Shown here one piece after another: positions 1 to 10,859 of a stretch of DNA of 44,825 bases. A model generated the notes under the pieces. That model saw nothing but the letters and a program-made list of their open reading frames with translations. It made no database searches and was not told where the DNA came from. The stretch lies in the NCBI GenBank assembly GCA_039920865.1, contig JBDSCZ010000287.1, positions 1 through 44,825 of the forward strand, given 5' to 3'. Made by a program: the position numbers and the translations under genes. The DNA is from Burkholderiaceae bacterium (GTDB taxonomy: Bacteria; Pseudomonadota; Gammaproteobacteria; Burkholderiales; Burkholderiaceae_D). Within the stretch, counting starts at the first letter, position 1. Every line of letters starts with the position of its first letter.

Positions 1-3
1 GTA

Positions 4-1068
4 TTGCCGAAAGAAGTGTTGCAGCAGGCTGCCGCTGAAATGCTTGACTGGCATGGCAGCGGCATGTCGGTGATGGAAATGAGTCATCGCGGCAAAGAAT
101 TCATGTCCATCATCGCAGCAGCCGAAAGCGACCTGCGCGAACTGCTGGCGGTGCCGGACCATTACCGGATTCTCTTCATGCAGGGCGGGGCGATAGCTGA
201 AAATGCGATCATTCCGATGAATCTGCTTGGCCGCAAGCCGCAACCTGCGACTGCCGATTACATCAATACAGGTTCCTGGTCGACCAAATCGATCAAGGAA
301 GCCAGGAAGTATTGCGCCGTCAACGTCGCAGCGTCGTCCGAGGCTGCCCATTTTTCGGAAATTCCTGCGCGCGCACTCTGGCGTTTGTCGGAAAATGCGG
401 CGTACGTGCACATTTGCAGCAACGAAACCATCGATGGCGTTGAATACCAATTCGTACCAGACGTAGCCGCCACTACTAACGGTGCGCCGCTGGTGGCCGA
501 TATGTCGTCCCATATCCTGTCGCGCGTGATCGACGTGTCGCAATATGGCGTCATTTATGGCGGGGCGCAAAAAAATATTGGTCCGGCAGGCTTGACGATC
601 GTCATCGTGCGCGAGGATTTGATTGGACATGCATTGCCGTTTTGCCCTTCCGCGTTTGACTGGAAATTGGTGGCCGACAACCATTCGATGTACAACACGC
701 CGCCGACTTATGCGATTTACATCGCCGGCCTGGTGTTCCAGTGGCTCAAACGTCAGGGCGGCGTGGCCGCGATCGAGCAGCGCAATATAGCCAAGGCTAA
801 TTTGTTGTATGACACTCTCGATTCCAGCGATTTTTACAGCACCAAAATCGCTCCCGATTGCCGCTCCAGAATGAATATCCCGTTTTCGCTGCGTGACGAT
901 AGTCTTAATGCTGCATTTCTGGCCGGTGCCGAAGAATGCGGTTTGTTGCAGCTCAAGGGGCACAAATCGGTGGGCGGCATGCGGGCCTCGATTTATAACG
1001 CAATGCCGATCGAGGGTGTGCAGGCGCTGATTGCCTACATGGAGCAATTCGAAAACCAACACGCGTAA
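4..1068 (+). CDS. serC: Phosphoserine aminotransferase (5' end truncated by window edge)
   Basis: [18 protein letters not shown] (PLP lysine), [20 protein letters not shown] motifs. Confidence 0.96.
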   Translation: MPKEVLQQAAAEMLDWHGSGMSVMEMSHRGKEFMSIIAAAESDLRELLAVPDHYRILFMQGGAIAENAIIPMNLLGRKPQPATADYINTGSWSTKSIKEARKYCAVNVAASSEAAHFSEIPARALWRLSENAAYVHICSNETIDGVEYQFVPDVAATTNGAPLVADMSSHILSRVIDVSQYGVIYGGAQKNIGPAGLTIVIVREDLIGHALPFCPSAFDWKLVADNHSMYNTPPTYAIYIAGLVFQWLKRQGGVAAIEQRNIAKANLLYDTLDSSDFYSTKIAPDCRSRMNIPFSLRDDSLNAAFLAGAEECGLLQLKGHKSVGGMRASIYNAMPIEGVQALIAYMEQFENQHA

Positions 1069-1104
1069 CCGCAATCGGACGATTACCCGCATCACAAAAA
1101 AATT

Positions 1105-2178
1105 ATGAGCCAAGATAAACTTCAGCCGCTGCGTGTACAGATCGATGCGATCGATCAGCAAATACTGGATTTGCTGAACCTGCGGGCACGCCTGGCGCAG
1201 CAAGTCGGCCACGTGAAAGCCGAAACCAATGCGCCGGTATTCCGTCCTGAGCGCGAAGCGCAAGTGCTGCGCAGTGTGGCCGAGCGCAATCCCGGCCCCT
1301 TGGTCAGTTCCGACGTGCAAACCATCTTTCGCGAAATCATGTCATCCTGTCGTGCGCTGGAGAACCGGGTCACGGTCGCCTTTCTCGGTCCGGTCGGAAC
1401 CTTTACCGAGCAGGCGGTATATCAGCAGTTCGGCCGCGCGATTGAAGGCCTGCCTTGTCCTTCGATCGATGAAGTGTTCCGCGCGGCAGAAGCAGGGACT
1501 GCCGATTTCGGCGTGGTGCCGGTCGAAAATTCATCCGAAGGTGCGATCAACCGGACCCTTGACTTGCTGCTGCAGACTACGCTTTCGATCAGCGGCGAGG
1601 TGTCGATTCCAGTCCATCACAGCCTGATGTCCTTAAGCGGGACAATGGACGGGGTTGAGCGGATTTGCGCCCATTCTCAGGCGCTGGCACAGTGCCAGGC
1701 CTGGCTGAACCAGAATTATCCGAACATCGAACGCCACGCGGTCGCTTCCAACGGTGAAGCGGCGCGATTGGCGTCGGAACAGCCCGGCACGGCCGCCATC
1801 GCCAGCGAGATTGCGGGTCAGCAATATGGTTTGCAAATCATCAATGCGCACATCCAGGATGATCCGCACAATCGCACCCGTTTCGCGGTGATCGGCCGCT
1901 TGCAGACAACGCCGAGCGGACGGGATCAGACCTCGCTGGTATTGTCGGTGCCGAACCAGGCGGGTGCTGTCTATAATTTGCTGGCGCCGCTGGCCAGGCA
2001 TGGCGTATCGATGACGCGCTTCGAATCACGGCCGGCCCGCATGGGCACCTGGGAATATTATTTTTACGTCGATATCGAAGGCCATCTACAAGACGACAAG
2101 GTGGCCCGCGCATTGGCCGAGCTACAACAGAACGCCGCCTTTTTCAAGGTGCTGGGTTCTTATCCTTTTTGCGCCTGA
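1105..2178 (+). CDS. pheA: Chorismate mutase/prephenate dehydratase (P-protein)
   Basis: N-terminal CM domain (LRVQIDAID), PVENSSEG, NRTRF, ACT-domain ESRP. Confidence 0.96.
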   Translation: MSQDKLQPLRVQIDAIDQQILDLLNLRARLAQQVGHVKAETNAPVFRPEREAQVLRSVAERNPGPLVSSDVQTIFREIMSSCRALENRVTVAFLGPVGTFTEQAVYQQFGRAIEGLPCPSIDEVFRAAEAGTADFGVVPVENSSEGAINRTLDLLLQTTLSISGEVSIPVHHSLMSLSGTMDGVERICAHSQALAQCQAWLNQNYPNIERHAVASNGEAARLASEQPGTAAIASEIAGQQYGLQIINAHIQDDPHNRTRFAVIGRLQTTPSGRDQTSLVLSVPNQAGAVYNLLAPLARHGVSMTRFESRPARMGTWEYYFYVDIEGHLQDDKVARALAELQQNAAFFKVLGSYPFCA

Positions 2179-2202
2179 AACCATTCAATTGCGGAGTCCA
2201 AG

Positions 2203-3333
2203 ATGTCGATACAGTACGGTCCTGATTATGTGCGTGCGATTGCCCCTTACCAGGGCGGCAAGCCAATTGCCGAAGTCGCGCGCGAGTTCGGCCTGGACGA
2301 GGCCAAAATTATCAAGCTGGCGTCGAATGAAAACCCGCGCGGCATGCCGGAATCCGCGCGCCAGGCCATGCTGGATGCGGTCGCCGATATCGGCCGCTAC
2401 CCGGATGCCAATGGTTTCGACCTGAAGGCGGCGATTACCGCAAAGTACAACGTGCCGCAGCAGTGGATCACACTCGGCAATGGCAGCAACGATATTCTGG
2501 AGCTGGCCGCGCACGCTTTAGTGCAGCCGGGCCAGGCGATACTGTATGCGCAGTATGCGTTTCTGGTATACGCGCTGGCAGCACAGGCGGTAGGCGCGCG
2601 TGCCATCGTGGTGCCGGCCCAGGATTACGGCCACGATCTGAGCGCGATGGCGCAGGCCATCACGCCCGACACCAAACTGATTTTTATCGCCAACCCGAAC
2701 AATCCGACCGGCACTTTCCTGCCTGCTGCCGCCATCGAAGCGTTCCTGAAAGTGGTGCCGCCGCAGGTGGTGGTGGTGCTGGACGAGGCTTATAACGAAT
2801 ATCTGGCGCCGGAATTGCAGTACGAATCGACCGAGTGGGTCCGCACCTATCCGAATCTGCTGGTGTCGCGCACGCTATCGAAGGCGTATGGTCTGGCCGG
2901 CTTGCGGGTCGGATTCGGAATTGCGCAACCGGGCCTGACCGATTTGCTCAATCGCATCCGGCAACCGTTCAATGTCAATTCGCTGGCGCAGGCGGCGGCC
3001 ATTGCAGCGCTGGGCGATACCGAATTCCTGCAACAAAGCGCGATCCTGAATGCGGCCGGTTACCTGCAGCTGACGCAGTTTTTTGATGCGACCGGCCTGG
3101 AATACGTGCCATCTTTCGGCAACTTCGTGCTGGTCAAGGTCGGCAACGACGACCATGCCGCGGCCCGCATCAATCTGGCGCTGCTCAAGCGCGGCGTGAT
3201 CGTGCGTCCAGTCGGCAATTACGGCTTGCCACAATGGCTGCGCATTTCGATCGGTTTGCCGCAAGAAAATGCGATCTTCATCGATGCGCTGCGCACGGTG
3301 CTGAAATTGGACGCGGAAGTGAAGGCGGCCTGA
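2203..3333 (+). CDS. hisC: Histidinol-phosphate aminotransferase
   Basis: KLASNENP, NPNNPTG, DEAY, RTLSKAYGLAGLRVG; position in serC-pheA-hisC-tyrA-aroA operon. Confidence 0.95.
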   Translation: MSIQYGPDYVRAIAPYQGGKPIAEVAREFGLDEAKIIKLASNENPRGMPESARQAMLDAVADIGRYPDANGFDLKAAITAKYNVPQQWITLGNGSNDILELAAHALVQPGQAILYAQYAFLVYALAAQAVGARAIVVPAQDYGHDLSAMAQAITPDTKLIFIANPNNPTGTFLPAAAIEAFLKVVPPQVVVVLDEAYNEYLAPELQYESTEWVRTYPNLLVSRTLSKAYGLAGLRVGFGIAQPGLTDLLNRIRQPFNVNSLAQAAAIAALGDTEFLQQSAILNAAGYLQLTQFFDATGLEYVPSFGNFVLVKVGNDDHAAARINLALLKRGVIVRPVGNYGLPQWLRISIGLPQENAIFIDALRTVLKLDAEVKAA

Positions 3334-3373
3334 GTGCAGTTTTGGGCTTTTCATGGGGCTGCGCACTAAAAAT

Positions 3374-3442
3374 ATACTATTTAGTGTATTTTTAAAGGCA
3401 CACTATATATATGCGGGAAATATCGTATTTTTTGCCATACTC
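3374..3442 (+). repeat. Dispersed spaced-motif element, copy A
   Basis: ATAC tatttagt GTAT ttttaaagg CACA ctatatata TGCG N21 ATAC tc, in the hisC-tyrA spacer. Confidence 0.8.
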
Positions 3443-3536
3443 TCGCTTTATTTTAATTTAAAGAGGCGGAAAAAGAAGCCGGGCAAAAACCTTGGCGCTG
3501 CTTCGCCGGCATATTCCCACCATTAGAGTCATTCTC

Positions 3537-4448
3537 GTGTTCAAGAAAATCGTTATTTTCGGCGTCGGACTGATCGGCGGCTCATTTGCGCTGGCCCAGA
3601 AGAAGGCGGCTGCAGCAACGCATATCGTCGGCGTCGGCCGCAGCGCCGCACCGCTGGCGCGCGCTCTCGAGCTCGGCATCATCGATAGCGCCAGCAACGC
3701 CGACTCTGACGCGCTGGCAATCTGCCTGCGGGATGCCGAGCTGGTCTTGATTGCGGCACCGGTAGCCCAGACCGAGTCGATTCTGGATGCGATCGCGCCG
3801 CATTTGCAGCCGGGCACCATCGTCACCGATGCCGGCAGCACCAAAACCGATGTGGTGGCCGCCGCCCGGCGTGCGCTGGGCGCCAAGCTCGCGCAGTTCG
3901 TGCCGGGGCATCCGATTGCCGGACGCGAGCAAAACGGGCCGGAGGCGGCGCTGGCTGATTTGTATGTCGGCAAGAAAGTGGTGCTGGCGTCACTGCCTGA
4001 AAATACGCCGGCCGACGTAGCTCGGGTGGCCGCGGCCTGGCAGCAATGCGGCGCCGTCATCCACCAGCTCACGCCCGAGCAGCACGACCGCGTATTCGCC
4101 TCGGTCAGCCACTTGCCGCATCTGCTGGCGTATGCGCTGGTCGATGATATCGCGCGCAAGCCGCATGCCGACCTGCTGTTCCAGTATGCGGCCAGCGGAT
4201 TTCGCGATTTCACCCGGATTGCCGGCTCATCGCCCGAAATGTGGCGCGACATTGCGCTCGCCAATCAGGGAGCGCTGTTGCGCGAACTGGATGCCTACAT
4301 GCTGCAATTAGCGCGCTTGCGCGCTGCGCTGGCAAACGGCGACGGCAGCGCGATGGAGGCGATCTTTGCCAACGCGCAGCAGGCCCGGCAACGCTGGGAA
4401 ATATCGATTGAAGCGGCAGAAAAACAGAACAAGGAAGGCGGAGATTGA
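3537..4448 (+). CDS. tyrA: Prephenate dehydrogenase (likely GTG start at 3537)
   Basis: Rossmann [38 protein letters not shown]. Confidence 0.93.
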   Translation: MFKKIVIFGVGLIGGSFALAQKKAAAATHIVGVGRSAAPLARALELGIIDSASNADSDALAICLRDAELVLIAAPVAQTESILDAIAPHLQPGTIVTDAGSTKTDVVAAARRALGAKLAQFVPGHPIAGREQNGPEAALADLYVGKKVVLASLPENTPADVARVAAAWQQCGAVIHQLTPEQHDRVFASVSHLPHLLAYALVDDIARKPHADLLFQYAASGFRDFTRIAGSSPEMWRDIALANQGALLRELDAYMLQLARLRAALANGDGSAMEAIFANAQQARQRWEISIEAAEKQNKEGGD

Positions 4449-5809
4449 TGAAGCACACCAGTAGACAAACGCAAACCCAGCATCCGAAGCATTATCCGGA
4501 TCATCTCGATCTGGCACCCGCAATGCGTGCGCAGGGCACGGTGCGCCTGCCCGGCTCGAAAAGCATTTCCAACCGCACGCTGCTGCTGGGGGCGCTGGCC
4601 GGTGGCACGACCCGGATCATGGACCTGCTGGCCTCCGACGATACGTTCGTGATGCTCGATGCGCTGCGGCATCTGGGCGTGCGCTGGGAGCAGCAGGACG
4701 CGACGCAGAATTACACGGTGTTCGGCGTCGACGGCCTGCCTCCGGTGCATCAGGCCGACTTGTTCATGGGTAATGCCGGCACCGCGATCCGCCCGCTGAC
4801 CGCCGCATTGGCGGTAATCGGCGGCGACTACACGCTGCATGGCGTGGCGCGCATGCATGAGCGGCCGATCGGCGATCTGGTCGATGCGCTCAATGCGATC
4901 GGTGCCCGCATCAGTTACAGCGGCCTCGCCGGTTTTCCGCCGCTGCACATCCAGCGCGGCCATATCGATGCCCGGCGCATGCGCGTGCGCGGCAACGTTT
5001 CGAGCCAGTTCCTGACTGCATTACTGATGGCCTCGCCCTTCATCGCGCGCGAGCATGCGCTCACTATTGACGTTGTCGGCGAACTGATTTCCAAGCCGTA
5101 CATTGAAATCACCTTGAATCTGATGCGACGTTTTGGCGTACTGGTTGAGCGTGACGGCTGGCAATCATTTGTCGTGGCTCCCGGGCAGCATTATCAGAGC
5201 CCTGGCATCATCCACGTCGAAGGCGATGCCTCGTCGGCTTCGTATTTCCTGGCGGCGGGCGCGATTGCCGGCGGCCCGGTGCGGGTCGAGGGCGTAGGCA
5301 GCGCCAGCATCCAGGGCGACGTGCGTTTTGTCGAAGCGCTGCAGCAGATGGGCGCCACCGTCACCATGGGCGACAACTGGATCGAAGTGCAATCGCATGG
5401 CGTGCTAAAGGCGATTGACGCCGATTTCAACCACATTCCGGACGCAGCGATGACGATCGCAGTCGCCGCACTGTATGCAGACGGACCCAGCATCCTGCGC
5501 AATATCGGCAGCTGGCGCGTCAAGGAAACCGACCGTATTAGCGCGATGGCGGCCGAACTGCGCAAGCTAGGCGCGCAGGTGGAAGAGGGTGCGGATTATT
5601 TGCGGGTAACGCCACCGGCGCAAATCCGCGCCGCTACTATTGCTACTTACGACGACCACCGGATGGCGATGTGTTTTTCGCTGGCGAGCTTGCACGGAGC
5701 GGCCCGCAGCGGTGCCGCGATCCGCATCAACGACCCCAAATGCGTGGCCAAGACCTTTCCCGATTATTTCGAAGCGTTCGCCAGCATCGCGCACAATGAT
5801 TTATTCTGA
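4445..5809 (+). CDS. aroA: EPSP synthase
   Basis: [43 protein letters not shown]. Confidence 0.97.
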   Translation: MMKHTSRQTQTQHPKHYPDHLDLAPAMRAQGTVRLPGSKSISNRTLLLGALAGGTTRIMDLLASDDTFVMLDALRHLGVRWEQQDATQNYTVFGVDGLPPVHQADLFMGNAGTAIRPLTAALAVIGGDYTLHGVARMHERPIGDLVDALNAIGARISYSGLAGFPPLHIQRGHIDARRMRVRGNVSSQFLTALLMASPFIAREHALTIDVVGELISKPYIEITLNLMRRFGVLVERDGWQSFVVAPGQHYQSPGIIHVEGDASSASYFLAAGAIAGGPVRVEGVGSASIQGDVRFVEALQQMGATVTMGDNWIEVQSHGVLKAIDADFNHIPDAAMTIAVAALYADGPSILRNIGSWRVKETDRISAMAAELRKLGAQVEEGADYLRVTPPAQIRAATIATYDDHRMAMCFSLASLHGAARSGAAIRINDPKCVAKTFPDYFEAFASIAHNDLF

Positions 5810-5848
5810 CGCCGCCGAGACGCGACAAGGATGTTTGGCGTGATTTAC

Positions 5849-5917
5849 AGTTAATAGCCAGTATTAATAGTAACGCAATGTATATATGCGGGAATGGCAT
5901 TGTTTCTGCCAATACTC
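5849..5917 (+). repeat. Dispersed spaced-motif element, copy B (left ATAC lost)
   Basis: GTAT(5861) taatagtaa CGCA atgtatata TGCG N21 ATAC tc, in the aroA-cmk spacer. Confidence 0.75.
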
Positions 5918-5937
5918 CATAAAAATTAGGATACCTG

Positions 5938-6606
5938 ATGAGTCAGTCGCATGTTCCCGTAATTGCCATCGATGGCCCCACCGCTTCCGGAAAAGGCACT
6001 GTTGCGCAGCGGGTGGCGCAGCAGTTCGGCTGGCATTACCTGGATTCCGGCGCGTTGTACCGGCTCACCGCGCTGTCTGCACTGCGCAGCAACACGCCGC
6101 TGTCGGATCAGCAACGCATAGCCGCGCTGGCGGCGACGCTGCCGTGCAGTTTTAGCGGCGAGCGCGTGTTGCTGTCGGGCGCCGATGTTACCGATGCGAT
6201 CCGGGTTGAGGATATCGGCAATGCGGCGTCCAAAATTGCTACCTTGCCTGCGGTGCGGCAGGCGCTGGTCGGCCTGCAGCTGGGATTTCGGCGAGCGCCC
6301 GGGCTGGTGGCGGACGGCCGCGACATGGGTACCGTTATTTTCCCGGATGCATCATTAAAGATATTTTTGACCGCCAGTGTGGATGCGCGTGCGCAAAGAC
6401 GGTATAAGCAATTGATTGCCAAAGGTTTTTCTGCTAGTATTACCGACCTATCGAGGGATTTGAATGAGCGTGACGCACGCGATGCACAGCGCGTCACAGC
6501 ACCATTAAAGCCCGCAGATGGGGCGTTTTTGCTCGATACTTCGGACATGAGCGCGGATCAGGCGGTGTCGCAAGTGCTGCACTGGTATGCGCAAGTATCA
6601 GTTTAA
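5938..6606 (+). CDS. cmk: Cytidylate kinase
   Basis: [14 protein letters not shown]-loop, [21 protein letters not shown]. Confidence 0.96.
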   Translation: MSQSHVPVIAIDGPTASGKGTVAQRVAQQFGWHYLDSGALYRLTALSALRSNTPLSDQQRIAALAATLPCSFSGERVLLSGADVTDAIRVEDIGNAASKIATLPAVRQALVGLQLGFRRAPGLVADGRDMGTVIFPDASLKIFLTASVDARAQRRYKQLIAKGFSASITDLSRDLNERDARDAQRVTAPLKPADGAFLLDTSDMSADQAVSQVLHWYAQVSV

Positions 6607-6758
6607 TGGCAGGTTTAATGCGCGCCTGATGTGTATTATTTTATAATTTGTAGTGCCGTTGCCGCTGCCCATAACGCAAAGTTCTGTGCAGTGTTGATAA
6701 ACCTAACCCAGTTTAAGTCGCCTGTCGCGACCCCTGCTGGATAACATGTAAAAAACCT

Positions 6759-8474
6759 ATGACTACTGCTACAACCTCCATCGAATCCACTGGAATGGAA
6801 AGTTTTGCCGCCCTTTTCGAAGAATCGCTGACCCGCCAGGACATGCGTTCCGGCGAAGTGATTTCTGCTGAAGTCGTACGCCTTGACCATAATTTCGTCA
6901 TCGTCAACGCCGGCCTGAAATCCGAAGCATTCATCCCTGTTGAAGAATTCAAAAACGATCAAGGCGAACTTGAAGTCAAAGTCGGTGACTTCGTTTCGGT
7001 TGCGATCGAATCCCTCGAAAACGGCTTTGGCGACACCATCCTGTCGCGCGACAAGGCAAAACGACTGGCCTCATGGCTCGCGCTTGAAAAAGCGATGGAA
7101 TCCGGCGAAATCGTCGTTGGTACAGTCAATGGCAAGGTAAAGGGCGGTCTGACCGTTCTGACCAACGGCATCCGCGCGTTCCTGCCGGGTTCGCTGGTCG
7201 ATACCCGTCCGGTCAAGGACACTACACCGTTTGAAGGCAAAACGCTCGAATTCAAGGTCATCAAGCTCGATCGCAAGCGCAACAACGTGGTGTTGTCACG
7301 CCGCGCAGTAATCGAAGCGTCGATGGGCGAAGAGCGCCAGAAACTGATGGAAACCTTGCAAGAAGGCACCATCGTCAATGGCGTGGTCAAGAACATCACC
7401 GACTATGGCGCATTCGTGGATCTGGGCGGCATCGATGGCTTGCTGCACATCACAGACTTGGCATGGCGTCGTGTGCGTCACCCGTCTGAAGTGCTGACAG
7501 TCGGTCAGGAAATCACTGCCAAGATTCTGAAATACGACAAAGAAAAGAACCGCGTTTCGCTGGGCGTCAAGCAACTGGGCGACGATCCATGGACCGGTCT
7601 GTCACGTCGCTATCCGCAAAGCACCCGCCTGTTCGGTAAAGTCACGAATCTGACTGACTATGGCGCATTCGTTGAAGTCGAACAAGGTATCGAAGGTTTG
7701 GTCCACGTATCTGAAATGGACTGGACCAACAAGAACGTGGCTCCAAACAAAGTTGTCCAATTGGGCGATGAAGTTGAAGTCATGGTGCTGGAAATCGACG
7801 AAGAGCGTCGCCGCATCAGCCTCGGCATGAAACAGTGCAAGTCCAATCCTTGGGATGATTTCGCAATCACCCACAAGAAGGGCGATAAAGTCCGCGGCGC
7901 AATCAAATCGATCACCGACTTCGGCGTATTCATCGGCCTGGCTGGCAACATCGACGGTCTGGTGCATTTGTCTGACCTGTCCTGGACTGAAACCGGCGAA
8001 GAAGCAGTGCGCCGCTTCAAGAAAGGCGACGAACTGGAAGCCATCGTGCTGGCAATCGACGTCGAACGCGAGCGCGTTTCCCTCGGTGTCAAGCAACTCG
8101 AAGGCGATCCATTCAACAACTTCGCTGCAATGAACGACAAAGGTTCCCTGGTAACAGGTACCGTCAAATCGGTCGAGCCTAAAGGCGCAGTGATCCAGTT
8201 GTCCGAAGAAGTCGAAGGCTATCTGCGTGCTTCCGAAATCTCGCGCGACCGCGTTGAAGATGCCGGTACGCACCTGAAAGTGGGCGATACCGTTGAAGCA
8301 ATGGTGTTGAACATCGATCGCAAAGCGCGTGGCATCCAATTGTCGATCAAGGCAAAAGACAATGTCGAAACGCAGGATGCAATGCACAAGATGGCCGCAA
8401 CCGACAACAATGCAGCTTCCGGTACCACCAGCCTGGGCGCGCTGTTGAAGGCCAAGTTCGACAACAAGAACTGA
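6759..8474 (+). CDS. rpsA: 30S ribosomal protein S1
   Basis: [10 protein letters not shown] start, six S1 repeats ([18 protein letters not shown]). Confidence 0.98.
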   Translation: MTTATTSIESTGMESFAALFEESLTRQDMRSGEVISAEVVRLDHNFVIVNAGLKSEAFIPVEEFKNDQGELEVKVGDFVSVAIESLENGFGDTILSRDKAKRLASWLALEKAMESGEIVVGTVNGKVKGGLTVLTNGIRAFLPGSLVDTRPVKDTTPFEGKTLEFKVIKLDRKRNNVVLSRRAVIEASMGEERQKLMETLQEGTIVNGVVKNITDYGAFVDLGGIDGLLHITDLAWRRVRHPSEVLTVGQEITAKILKYDKEKNRVSLGVKQLGDDPWTGLSRRYPQSTRLFGKVTNLTDYGAFVEVEQGIEGLVHVSEMDWTNKNVAPNKVVQLGDEVEVMVLEIDEERRRISLGMKQCKSNPWDDFAITHKKGDKVRGAIKSITDFGVFIGLAGNIDGLVHLSDLSWTETGEEAVRRFKKGDELEAIVLAIDVERERVSLGVKQLEGDPFNNFAAMNDKGSLVTGTVKSVEPKGAVIQLSEEVEGYLRASEISRDRVEDAGTHLKVGDTVEAMVLNIDRKARGIQLSIKAKDNVETQDAMHKMAATDNNAASGTTSLGALLKAKFDNKN

Positions 8475-8488
8475 TTGTCGGTCGGTAA

Positions 8489-8794
8489 ATGACTAAGTCG
8501 GAGTTGATAGCCCGTTTGGCAGAGCGTTATTCGCAACTGGTTGCAAAGGATGCGGATTACGCGGTCAAAACCATTCTGGATGCAATGATCGGTGCCCTGG
8601 CAACCGGTCAGCGCATCGAGATCCGGGGCTTCGGCAGCTTTGCGCTGAATAGCCGGCCGCCGCGTATCGGACGCAATCCGAAGTCCGGCGATCAGGTGAT
8701 GGTGCCCGAAAAACGGGTGCCGCACTTCAAGCCGGGCAAGCAGTTGCGCGAGTGCGTCGATGCGATGGTAGGACAGCCCATCAGCGAAGACTGA
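8489..8794 (+). CDS. ihfB: Integration host factor beta
   Basis: [30 protein letters not shown]; follows rpsA. Confidence 0.96.
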   Translation: MTKSELIARLAERYSQLVAKDADYAVKTILDAMIGALATGQRIEIRGFGSFALNSRPPRIGRNPKSGDQVMVPEKRVPHFKPGKQLRECVDAMVGQPISED

Positions 8795-8814
8795 ATCATT
8801 TACAGATAAATCGG

Positions 8815-8842
8815 AACGGCATCTTCGGATGCCGTTTTTTTT
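8815..8842 (+). terminator. Intrinsic terminator after ihfB
   Basis: AACGGCATC-TTCG-GATGCCGTT followed by T tract. Confidence 0.85.
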
Positions 8843-8914
8843 CACGTACAATTTCGCATAGTCTTGCCGGCTGCGCGATTCCCGTGCAGCCAGCCATGTT
8901 TTGGGAGCCGTGCA

Positions 8915-9229
8915 ATGAAGTTCATTTTCCGAATAATTGCGGGTTTGCTGTTTATTGTTTTTTTTGGATTTGCCGTCAAGAATACGCAGGAAGTCGCATT
9001 GCGTTTCTTTCTGGGGTATGAAATACGGGCGCCCTTGGTCCTGATGCTGCTGGCATTTTTCGTCAGCGGCGCGATCTTTGGCGTGCTGGCAATGACACCC
9101 ACGGTATTGCGCCAGCGTCGCGATTTGAGCCGGCGCAAGAAAGCCATCCTGGCCCTGGAGAAAGAGGGCGCTGAACGTGAACTGTCGCGCAGCCAGCCGC
9201 CACAACCGGATGGCGTGCTGCATAGCTGA
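8915..9229 (+). CDS. lapA: LPS assembly protein A (start revised to MKFIFR)
   Basis: Two TM segments, FAVKNTQEVALRFF; lies between ihfB and lapB. Confidence 0.85.
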   Translation: MKFIFRIIAGLLFIVFFGFAVKNTQEVALRFFLGYEIRAPLVLMLLAFFVSGAIFGVLAMTPTVLRQRRDLSRRKKAILALEKEGAERELSRSQPPQPDGVLHS

Positions 9230-9357
9230 TCCATTTCTATCTCAACTTATTGGTATTGCTTGCCATACCTGCGTACCGCGGACGTGTTGTCCATGGTGCG
9301 AGTTCGCGGTTACAGTGGATGTGAAAACGGAATAAATCATGACACGATTGAACCTAC

Positions 9358-10533
9358 ATGGAATTTGAAATTTGGTGGTTGCTCGGGATACCTTTTTTTT
9401 TCGGGCTGGGTTGGATCGCAGCGCGCGTGGATATCAATCAATTGCTGTCGGAATCGCGCAGTTTGCCCAGCGGCTATTTCAGGGGGCTGAACTTTCTACT
9501 GAATGAGCAGCCGGACAAAGCCATCGATGCCTTTATTGAAATCGTCAAGCTCGATCCGGAAACCGTTGAACTGCATTTTGCGCTGGGGAACTTGTTTCGC
9601 CGTCGTGGTGAAACCGAAAGAGCGATTCGCGTGCACCAGAATTTGTTGGCGCGCCCGGATCTGCCGCAGGAACATCGTCTGCAGGCATTGTTTGAATTGG
9701 GTCAGGATTATTTGAAGGCGGGCTTGCTGGATCGGGCCGAAGAAACCTTCGATCAGCTGCTGGATACTTCCTACGCTGCACAAGCGCAGCGCGCGTTGCT
9801 GGAAATTTTTCAGCGCGAAAAAGAATGGCCGCGCGCGATTGAAGCGGCGCAAGGGTTGCAGCAATCCGGCGCCGGTGGACGGCAAAAGGAGATCGCCCAG
9901 TTCTACTGTGAAATGGCCCAGGACGAGTTGGTGCATACACACCCGGATGCCGCACTGGTCTTGCTGGAAAAAGCCTTGGCCGCCGATCGCAAAAGCGTGC
10001 GCGCTACTTTGCTGATTGGCGATGTGGCACAAGCCAAGGGTGACCTCGAAGGCGCATTGCTGGCTTGGCGCCGGGTCGAGCAGCAGAGCGTGCCGCATGT
10101 GGCACTGGTGGCGCAGCGTCTGATGGACGGGTATCGCAGTGTCGTGCGGGCCGAGGAGGGCATCAATTTATTGAAGTTCTATCTGGCCGAAGCGCCGTCG
10201 ATCGATTTGCTGGAAGTGGTTTTCAAGGCGGTACTGGAACTGCATGGCGTGGAAGCCGCCAAGCAGCTGGCCAGCGATGAATTGCGCCGCACCCCGACCT
10301 TGCTCGGCCTGGATAAATTGCTCGATGCCCGCCTGATGGACGCCCGGCCGGAAATACGGCCCGAGTTATCGATGGTCAAGCACCTGGTCCACGGTTATGC
10401 GCAAAAACTGGCGCGTTATCAATGCAGTCATTGCGGCTTCAAGGCGCGCCAATTCTATTGGCAATGCCCCGGCTGCAATCGCTGGGAAACTTATCCGCCG
10501 CGCCGAACTGAAGAACTCAACGTGATGAATTAG
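9358..10533 (+). CDS. lapB: LPS assembly protein B
   Basis: N-terminal TM, TPR repeats (ALGNLFRRRGETERAIRVHQ), C-terminal rubredoxin CSHCG...CPGC. Confidence 0.96.
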   Translation: MEFEIWWLLGIPFFFGLGWIAARVDINQLLSESRSLPSGYFRGLNFLLNEQPDKAIDAFIEIVKLDPETVELHFALGNLFRRRGETERAIRVHQNLLARPDLPQEHRLQALFELGQDYLKAGLLDRAEETFDQLLDTSYAAQAQRALLEIFQREKEWPRAIEAAQGLQQSGAGGRQKEIAQFYCEMAQDELVHTHPDAALVLLEKALAADRKSVRATLLIGDVAQAKGDLEGALLAWRRVEQQSVPHVALVAQRLMDGYRSVVRAEEGINLLKFYLAEAPSIDLLEVVFKAVLELHGVEAAKQLASDELRRTPTLLGLDKLLDARLMDARPEIRPELSMVKHLVHGYAQKLARYQCSHCGFKARQFYWQCPGCNRWETYPPRRTEELNVMN

Positions 10534-10587
10534 CTTGTCGTTGTCTTCGCAGAATATCCCACTAACCGTTTCTTGTTAAAAAATGCG

Positions 10588-10656
10588 GAGTATGCTTGAA
10601 AACACCTAATTTACCGCATTGTATTATTGATAAACAAATAATACGCATGGCAGTAT
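10588..10656 (-). repeat. Dispersed spaced-motif element, copy D
   Basis: Minus strand: ATAC tgccatgc GTAT tatttgttt ATCA ataatacaa TGCG N21 ATAC tc. Confidence 0.8.
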
Positions 10657-10775
10657 AAAATTCTGAAGAAGTATGCGGAATGGATGGCAAGCAGAGATCA
10701 GCATGATGGAGTGCTTGCCATCGCGTTCCGATTCGGCCTCATCCGTGATCCAATTGATATCTACCGGCTAAGTTT

Positions 10776-10859
10776 ATGAAAATTACGATTATCGGCACCG
10801 GCTATGTCGGCCTGGTCACCGGGCGTTCGGTTCTGACAAGCAAAGGAACTGCGCTATGA
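10776..10859 (+). pseudogene. ugd: UDP-glucose 6-dehydrogenase remnant (27 codons, internal deletion)
   Basis: Translates MKITIIGTGYVGLVTG-RSVLTSKGTAL*; first 16 aa are the typical Ugd N-terminal Rossmann motif; sits at the usual ugd position between lapB and hldE. Confidence 0.85.

Noticed and set aside
3374-3389. Element palindrome as a BenM/CatM/CbnR LysR site (ATAC-N7-GTAT)
   Set aside because: Spacer is N8 in all six intact copies (T-N12-A, not T-N11-A) and no copy adjoins a divergent LysR gene.
3410-3425. ATGCGGGAAATATCG as an FlhDC box
   Set aside because: Only a partial half-site resemblance, no properly spaced inverted partner, and neighbours are not flagellar genes.
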